Assembly: GCA_944384515.1 (NCBI GenBank)
Contig: CALWTU010000013.1
Location: 1 to 53,930 of the forward strand
DNA: 53,930 nucleotides
Origin: an uncultured Clostridia bacterium
GTDB taxonomy: Bacteria > Bacillota > Clostridia > Oscillospirales > CAG-272
Direction: 5' to 3'
Positions within the stretch are counted from its first letter, which is position 1. Each line of letters begins with the position of its first letter. Positions 48,080 to 53,930 of this stretch are shown piece by piece. The position numbers were made by a program, and so were the translations under genes. The notes under the pieces are model-generated. The model ran no database searches. It worked only from the letters and a program-made list of their open reading frames with translations, and had not been told where the DNA came from.

Positions 48080-50044
48080 TTAAGTCAACTCAACTATCGC
48101 ATATCCGTCAACTTCAGGGACAGAAATCTCGTTACCGCACACCTCAATAGGAATATTCTGCGGCACAAGTCTCGCTTTTGTGAACGGTCTGTCAATATTC
48201 ACTGAAAGTTTGATATTTCTTACTACGGTTCTGTCCTCAATGATATCCATATCTGCGCTCTTACGAACAGGAACATATGTCAGAATATGAAGGTTCGTTC
48301 TGTTCTTTTCGGGCTGGTCAAGCACGCTTACTGTCATGGTTGACGGACCGTTATGATATACCATCTTCTTGCCGAGAAGCTTTTCTACCGCATTGCCGAT
48401 AATCTTTTTGCACCAGAAGGGCGCATTTTTACGGTACTGCGTGAATATGGGATGCGACAAGAATATAACATTTTCGTTTTCGAATCCGACAGCATACTCC
48501 TCTCCCTTTGCAGACGGAGTATATCTGTGCGAGCAGAAATGGTCATATGCTCTCGTAAAGAACGGAGCTCTTGCAAAGAGAGCCTCTTTTGCGCCGCATG
48601 AAAGCACAGTCTCGCCTCTCATGTATATTACATACTCGTTGTTTTCTTCAAGACCCACAGCCAGCTCACCGTTTGCAACAATGAAATCAGGATATTTTTC
48701 GGTCTGCGAAACATATTTTACACCGTATGACGAGGGATAGTTCATATCCGCATCAAGTCCGCCCTTTCCAAGTGCAAGCACCTTGCCGCCGCGTTTAACA
48801 TAACTGTCAATTTTCTCCGAAAGCTTTGCGTCACCCGCAACATCCTCCGGCACAACAATGAGTTTGTACGGCGAAAAGTCCATATCCCTGTCAATTATAT
48901 CATACTGCAGTGCAAGCTCCTCAAACATCTGAACCGCACCCATAACCGTGTTCGGCAAAGAATGCTCTTTTTCTGCTCCCTCGGATGTAATTAAAGCCAT
49001 CTCCCGCAGAGCAACCGAAGGTCTTGCCCACTCCTCTCTCTCTTCAAGCTGAGAGAATACATTGCCGATAAGCTTATATGTAGCACAATTCAGTCTGCCG
49101 AACGGCTCAAGCTGGTCTCCGACTGATGTTGCAAAGCCCAAACTAAGCATACGGAAGCACTCAAACTCAAGTGCCGCCTGATTTTTAAGGCTGTGGAAAT
49201 CAGCCCATTCTGTATGGAATTTTCCTGTCATACCCATACAGTCAACACCGAAGTTTCTCGCATAGCGTGCGGTCATCGGAAAATGGAGATATCCCCAAGA
49301 GCCGGACGGCAAACTCTCAAGCTCGAAATGAGTATAAGAATCCTTACTCTCCTTTGTACAAGGTCCGATATGTCCCGCATTATAGAAGATCGTGCAATCA
49401 GGGCTGTACTTGCGAACAAGTGCTGTCATATCAGCCTTGAATTTATCAACGGATTTCTTGGCAAAGAGTCTTACATCCTTGTCATCACACGGATTATATC
49501 CCTCCTCTGCCATCTTCTTGCGGCAAACGGAGCAAAGACAAGGTCTGATACCCACAATATCAAAGAATAATCCGTCAAGCTCGCCCGAAAGCATACGGCA
49601 AACCTCCGCTGTATGCTCAAAAAGGAAATCTCTGTATCCCGTATTTACGCAAAGAGACTGGTAAAATCCCGCATCGGTAAATGCTCCGCCCTCGTGTGCG
49701 CCGTCTCTTTTTCTGATAAGCCATTCAGGATGATTTGTCGCCGAATGGTAATCCCACTGCACTGTTATATAAACCGGTGCATTGATACCGACTTTATGAA
49801 GCGCTCTGACCTGCTCGAGGAGCAGATTTTTGTTCTTAAGGTTGGGATGAATGAGCTCGGGAAATTTCTCTGACGGATAGTAAAGCCAGCCGTGATGACA
49901 TCTTGCAAACACGGTCATAGAGCTGATATGCGCATTTTTTGCAACAGATGCAAACTCCTCGGCATTAAAATCCTTTGCAATATCCGGAATTTTTTCGGAT
50001 GTGTGAAAATCAAGGTGAATTTGGCGAGGGGATAACATTTTCAT
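48080..50044 (-). CDS. putative glycoside hydrolase, GHL6-like TIM barrel with a beta-galactosidase-trimerisation-like domain
   Basis: The N-terminus QIHLDFHTSE...FARCHHGWLYYPS resembles the GHL6 family as I recall it. No signal peptide. Start set to ATG 50044, after GGAG. Confidence 0.6.
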   Translation of the reverse strand: MKMLSPRQIHLDFHTSEKIPDIAKDFNAEEFASVAKNAHISSMTVFARCHHGWLYYPSEKFPELIHPNLKNKNLLLEQVRALHKVGINAPVYITVQWDYHSATNHPEWLIRKRDGAHEGGAFTDAGFYQSLCVNTGYRDFLFEHTAEVCRMLSGELDGLFFDIVGIRPCLCSVCRKKMAEEGYNPCDDKDVRLFAKKSVDKFKADMTALVRKYSPDCTIFYNAGHIGPCTKESKDSYTHFELESLPSGSWGYLHFPMTARYARNFGVDCMGMTGKFHTEWADFHSLKNQAALEFECFRMLSLGFATSVGDQLEPFGRLNCATYKLIGNVFSQLEEREEWARPSVALREMALITSEGAEKEHSLPNTVMGAVQMFEELALQYDIIDRDMDFSPYKLIVVPEDVAGDAKLSEKIDSYVKRGGKVLALGKGGLDADMNYPSSYGVKYVSQTEKYPDFIVANGELAVGLEENNEYVIYMRGETVLSCGAKEALFARAPFFTRAYDHFCSHRYTPSAKGEEYAVGFENENVIFLSHPIFTQYRKNAPFWCKKIIGNAVEKLLGKKMVYHNGPSTMTVSVLDQPEKNRTNLHILTYVPVRKSADMDIIEDRTVVRNIKLSVNIDRPFTKARLVPQNIPIEVCGNEISVPEVDGYAIVELT

Positions 50045-50239
50045 AATAATCTCCAATCTTAACTTAATTTAGTTTTATCTTTTCGCAAAAATTAATGCTG
50101 TGCTGTCGGTGCACATAAGTTAAACCCTTTTATGTCAAGTTTCTACACTCCTATTATAAAATTCAATCGGCTCGATTTCAATATACCATTTACATAAAAT
50201 TCTTAACAAAACTTTTATATCGTGATTTGTTTAAAGAAT

Positions 50240-50283
50240 AAAAAAGCGAAAAAAGAGACTGTGCGCCATAAGACGCACAGTCT
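50240..50283 (-). terminator. intrinsic terminator after nfnB
   Basis: On the minus strand, AGACTGTGCG / CGCACAGTCT stem followed by CTTTTTTCGCTTTTTT. Confidence 0.75.
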
Positions 50284-50291
50284 GATACGGA

Positions 50292-51671
50292 TTATTTATT
50301 TGTTAAGTACTCATCAATCGCTTTTGCGGAAGTCTTGCCCGCTCCCATCGCAAGGATAACGGTTGCGGCACCTGTAACGGCATCTCCGCCGGCGTAAATC
50401 GCCGTTCTTGATGTAAGTCCGTTCTCATCCGCAATAATACCGCCCCACTTCTGAGTCTCAAGTCCCTTGGTTGTGCTCTTGATAAGGGGGTTAGGTGATG
50501 TTCCCAGAGCCATAATAACGGTATCCGCCTCTATCTCAAACTCACTGCCCTCAACTGCGACAGGTCTTGCTCTGCCTGACTCGTCGGGAGCGGAGAGCTC
50601 CATTCTCTGACAAACCATAGCTCTTGCGTTTCCGTTTTCGTCTCCGAGAATTTTAACGGGATTGGTAAGGAATTTGAATACAATTCCCTCCTCCATTGCA
50701 TGCTCTACCTCCTCGCGTCTTGCGGGAAGCTCCTTCTCCGTTCTTCTGTATACAATGGTAACCTCGGCACCGAGTCTTCTCGCACATCTTGCGGCATCCA
50801 TAGCAACATTTCCGCCTCCGATAACGCAAACCTTCTTGCCCTTCTGAATGGGAGTATCGCTTCCCTCCTCATATGCCTTCATAAGGTTTATACGGGTGAG
50901 GAACTCATTTGCGGAGAGAACGCCCTTATATCCCTCTCCTTCAATTCCCATAAACTTGGGAAGTCCTGCGCCTGAGCCGATAAAGATTGCCTCGTATCCC
51001 TCCTCCATAAGCTCGTCGATTGTCAGAGTTTTACCGATAACAACGTTTGTCTCAATGTCAACGCCGAGCTTTTTCAGAGTATCAACCTCTTTGGCAACAA
51101 TTGCCTTGGGAAGTCTGAACTCGGGAATACCGTAAACAAGTACTCCGCCCGGTGTATGCAATGCCTCAAAAATCGTAACCTTGTATCCGCGCTTTGCAAG
51201 GTCGCCGGCACATGTAAGTCCCGCAGGGCCGGAACCTACCACCGCTACTTTATGTCCGTTGGGCTCGGGTTTTACGGGCTCCTCTGTGGAATTGGCATTG
51301 TGATAGTCAGCGACAAATCTCTCAAGTCTGCCTATTCCGACAGGCTCAAACTTGATACCCAGCGTGCAGTTATGCTCGCACTGAGACTCCTGAGGACAAA
51401 CTCTGCCGCATACCGCAGGCAGAGAGGAGGACTCGGATATAATCTTATAAGCCTCCTCAAATTCTCCGACCTTAACCTTGCTGATAAAGCCCGGAATATT
51501 TATATTTACGGGACATCCGCTGACACACGGCTTGTTCTTGCACTCAAGGCATCTTTTAGCCTCGCCGATTGCCATCTCCACGGTATAACCGGTAGCAACC
51601 TCATCAAAATTCCTTGATCTGACATCCGCGTCCTGATGCGGCATAGGACATTTTTTCGGATTGATAGCCAT
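50292..51671 (-). CDS. nfnB: NADH-dependent reduced ferredoxin:NADP+ oxidoreductase subunit B (GltD/SudA-like)
   Basis: N-terminal Cys clusters (CLEC...C...C, CGRVCP...C), dinucleotide folds VVGSGPAGL and VIGGGNVAMD. Start set to ATG 51671, 1 nt after the nfnA stop. Confidence 0.85.
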   Translation of the reverse strand: MAINPKKCPMPHQDADVRSRNFDEVATGYTVEMAIGEAKRCLECKNKPCVSGCPVNINIPGFISKVKVGEFEEAYKIISESSSLPAVCGRVCPQESQCEHNCTLGIKFEPVGIGRLERFVADYHNANSTEEPVKPEPNGHKVAVVGSGPAGLTCAGDLAKRGYKVTIFEALHTPGGVLVYGIPEFRLPKAIVAKEVDTLKKLGVDIETNVVIGKTLTIDELMEEGYEAIFIGSGAGLPKFMGIEGEGYKGVLSANEFLTRINLMKAYEEGSDTPIQKGKKVCVIGGGNVAMDAARCARRLGAEVTIVYRRTEKELPARREEVEHAMEEGIVFKFLTNPVKILGDENGNARAMVCQRMELSAPDESGRARPVAVEGSEFEIEADTVIMALGTSPNPLIKSTTKGLETQKWGGIIADENGLTSRTAIYAGGDAVTGAATVILAMGAGKTSAKAIDEYLTNK

Positions 51672-51672
51672 A

Positions 51673-52533
51673 TTACTCATTCTCCTTTGCTTTTTTTATA
51701 AGATTGCAGGTCTCTTCAAATGCATGGCGCTCAAAGTCCGAATACATCCTGCCGCGGCTCATTGCCTCGTCAAAATCAACCTCATATCCGTTAAAATCAG
51801 GTCCGTCTACGCAGGCAAACTTAGTAACTCTCTTGCCCTCGTGTATAAGTGTAAGACGGCATCCTCCGCACATTCCGGTACCGTCAATCATTATCGGGTT
51901 CATAGAAACGGTTACGGGGATATTATACTCTTTTGCGGTAAGAGTTACAAACTTCATCATGATGAGCGGACCAATGGTGATTATCATATCAAACTTCTCA
52001 CCAGATTCAAGCATCGACTTAAGAGGCATTGTAACATTGCCCTTGTCTCCGTATGAGCCGTCATCCGTAACAAGTACAAATTTATCCGAAAAAGATTTAA
52101 ACTCATCTTCAAGTATTACAAGATCCTTGTTTCTGAATCCGATTATGCTCGTAACATCCGCTCCGAGATTGTGAAACTCCTCGGCAACAGGCATTGCTAT
52201 AGCGCATCCCACACCTCCGCCGATAATACATACCTTCTTTATTCCCTCTGTATGAGTCGGAACGCCGAGAGGTCCTACAAAATCCTGTATATACTCGCCT
52301 TCCTCTTTCGTATCAAGCTTTTTGGTTGTTGCGCCGACTATCTGATAGATGATCTTTACAGTTCCGCTATCCTTGTTAACACCCGCAACAGTAAGAGGAA
52401 TTCTCTCTCCGCTCTCATCAACACGGAGAATGATAAACTGACCGGGCTTTGCCTTGTTGGCAACAAGAGGCGCCTCTATATGCATCTCTGTTACCGTGGG
52501 ATTAAGTCTTCTTTTTTTAATAATTTTGTACAT
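51673..52533 (-). CDS. nfnA: NfnA / sulfide dehydrogenase beta-like FAD and [2Fe-2S] subunit
   Basis: Ferredoxin-reductase-like fold (GQFIILR, IIGGGVGCA) and C-terminal GTGMCGGCR...C. Confidence 0.85.
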   Translation of the reverse strand: MYKIIKKRRLNPTVTEMHIEAPLVANKAKPGQFIILRVDESGERIPLTVAGVNKDSGTVKIIYQIVGATTKKLDTKEEGEYIQDFVGPLGVPTHTEGIKKVCIIGGGVGCAIAMPVAEEFHNLGADVTSIIGFRNKDLVILEDEFKSFSDKFVLVTDDGSYGDKGNVTMPLKSMLESGEKFDMIITIGPLIMMKFVTLTAKEYNIPVTVSMNPIMIDGTGMCGGCRLTLIHEGKRVTKFACVDGPDFNGYEVDFDEAMSRGRMYSDFERHAFEETCNLIKKAKENE

Positions 52534-52636
52534 TTTAACTCCTCACGATTTTTATTTTTATTTTGAATTTTTTAAGTTATTAAAAATTTCGATCTTCAAA
52601 AATTAAGATCAGACGGAAAGTTTTTCATAAAAGCTT

Positions 52637-52677
52637 ATAATAAAAGTATATTGCGAAAGGCATACGCCCTCCGCAAT
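52637..52677 (-). terminator. intrinsic terminator after adhE
   Basis: On the minus strand, a 13-bp stem TATTGCGGAGGGC / GCCTTTCGCAATA with loop GTAT, followed by a T-rich tract. Confidence 0.6.
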
Positions 52678-52764
52678 ACGCTCGCCTCGGCATTAAGCCC
52701 TAAACTTTCAAAAAAGAGCTTAAACCTTGGCATTATATATATTTCTATGCTTAAGAAACCGATA

Positions 52765-53930
52765 TCAGAAATCTACCTCAGTGTCGTAGTAGCAGCACTT
52801 AAGAAGCTTTTCCATCTCCTCAACGCTGGGCTGACGGGGGTTAGAACCTGTGCATGCGTCTGCAACCGCATTCTTTGCAATCTCTCCGAGTCTTTCAAGG
52901 AATACCTTCTCGGGAACGAAGCCCTGTTCTGCGGGAAGACCGTCTGCACCGTAATTCTTGATGCAGTAAGGAATCTGAAGATCCTTTGACATGCCGCGAA
53001 GATACTCGATAAGAAGCTTTACCTTCTCCTCAACAGTCTCGCCGCCGAGTTTCATCGTATCTGCAATCTTCGCATAACGAACTGCAGCGCTCTCAACCTT
53101 TGCGTTGAATGCGATAACCTTGGGAAGATACATAGCGTTTGCCGCACCGTGAATAATGTGTGCTCCGAGATCTGCAAAAGCCGCACCTGTCTTATGAGCC
53201 ATAGAGTGTACTATACCGAGAAGAGCATTTGAGAATGCCATACCTGCAAGGCACTGTGCGTTGTGCATAGACGCTCTCTTCTCCATATTGCCGTTATATG
53301 AATCAACAAGATCATCCTTGATCATCTCGATAGCATGAAGCGCAAGGGGATCTGTGTAATCGCAGTGAGCAGTGGAAACATAAGCCTCGATAGAGTGTGT
53401 CATAGCGTCCATACCTGTGTGAGCAACAAGCTTCTTGGGCATTGTCTCTGCAAGGTCAGGGTCAACAATAGCTATATCGGGGGTAATTTCAAAGTCTGCA
53501 AGAGGATATTTGATACCCTTCTCGTAATCTGTGATTACAGAGAAAGCAGTAACCTCTGTCGCTGTTCCTGATGTAGAGGGGATAGCAACAAAATGCGCCT
53601 TTCTGCGAAGCTCGGGAATACCGAACACCTTGCACATGTCAGGGAATGTTACTTCAGGATGCTCATATTTAATCCACATAGCCTTTGCAGCGTCGATAGG
53701 CGAACCTCCGCCCATTGCAACGATCCAGTCAGGTTGAAACTTTGTCATAAACTCCGCGCCGCGCATTACTGTTTCAACAGAAGGATCAGGCTCGATACCG
53801 TCAAAAAGTTCTACCTCCATGCCTGCTTCTTTAAGATAATTAATAGCTCTGTCAAGGAAGCCAAAGCGCTTCATTGAACCGCCTCCTACACATACTACTG
53901 CGCGATTACCCTTAAGATTTTTGAGAGCTT
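52765..53930 (-). CDS. adhE: iron-containing alcohol dehydrogenase domain, probably the C-terminal half of bifunctional aldehyde-alcohol dehydrogenase (5' end outside the window)
   Basis: GGGSPIDAAKAMW, YEHPEVTFPDM, HSMAHKTG, CTGSNPRQP. The frame stays open upstream of Met 53874 to the window edge. Confidence 0.8.
   Translation of the reverse strand, partial: ALKNLKGNRAVVCVGGGSMKRFGFLDRAINYLKEAGMEVELFDGIEPDPSVETVMRGAEFMTKFQPDWIVAMGGGSPIDAAKAMWIKYEHPEVTFPDMCKVFGIPELRRKAHFVAIPSTSGTATEVTAFSVITDYEKGIKYPLADFEITPDIAIVDPDLAETMPKKLVAHTGMDAMTHSIEAYVSTAHCDYTDPLALHAIEMIKDDLVDSYNGNMEKRASMHNAQCLAGMAFSNALLGIVHSMAHKTGAAFADLGAHIIHGAANAMYLPKVIAFNAKVESAAVRYAKIADTMKLGGETVEEKVKLLIEYLRGMSKDLQIPYCIKNYGADGLPAEQGFVPEKVFLERLGEIAKNAVADACTGSNPRQPSVEEMEKLLKCCYYDTEVDF

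Noticed and set aside
52534-52640. A Rex operator upstream of nfnA.
   Set aside because: I found no TTGTGAA...TTCACAA-like palindrome by eye, only a short GATCTT/AAGATC repeat.

Overview
The window reads as a chromosomal core region of an anaerobic Firmicute, probably a Clostridia or Oscillospiraceae-like organism, judged from gene content, AT-rich intergenic DNA and many TTGACA-17-TATAAT promoters. I saw no transposase, integrase, CRISPR array, rRNA or clear defence island. Left to right: a truncated hypothetical gene; a bioY-birA operon with a BirA operator; a three-gene split (archaeal-type) glutamate synthase, divergent from type III glutamine synthetase-dapF-dapL; AraC plus a GH29 fucosidase; a singleton tRNA-Glu(CUC); AraC plus rlmD; a beta-helix/PDZ protein with AraC; a membrane-tethered MerR; an ECF S-component plus DUF1893 pair; DUF368; DUF4830; a tiny Cys-rich peptide gene; topB; a 12-gene nucleoside salvage block (tdk, deoC, deoD, deoB, cdd, a BMP-type ABC importer, pdp, udk) ending in a radical SAM/SPASM gene; a complete F-type ATP synthase operon followed by pepT; a GHL6-like hydrolase; nfnAB; and the 3' part of adhE. 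The points most worth follow-up are: (1) the radical SAM/SPASM gene translationally coupled to uridine kinase; (2) matching promoter-plus-terminator leader geometry and a shared GGGCAAnGGCGT motif in front of the GS and GOGAT operons; (3) a MerR regulator fused to two TM helices and a zinc ribbon, with a classic 19-bp-spacer promoter; (4) the ECF-S/DUF1893 pair; (5) an unannotated 31-aa Cys-rich membrane peptide; (6) a repeat-containing GC-rich insertion in BirA; (7) a two-carboxylate Na+-type c-ring signature. All functional calls come from reading the translations by eye. No database search was run.
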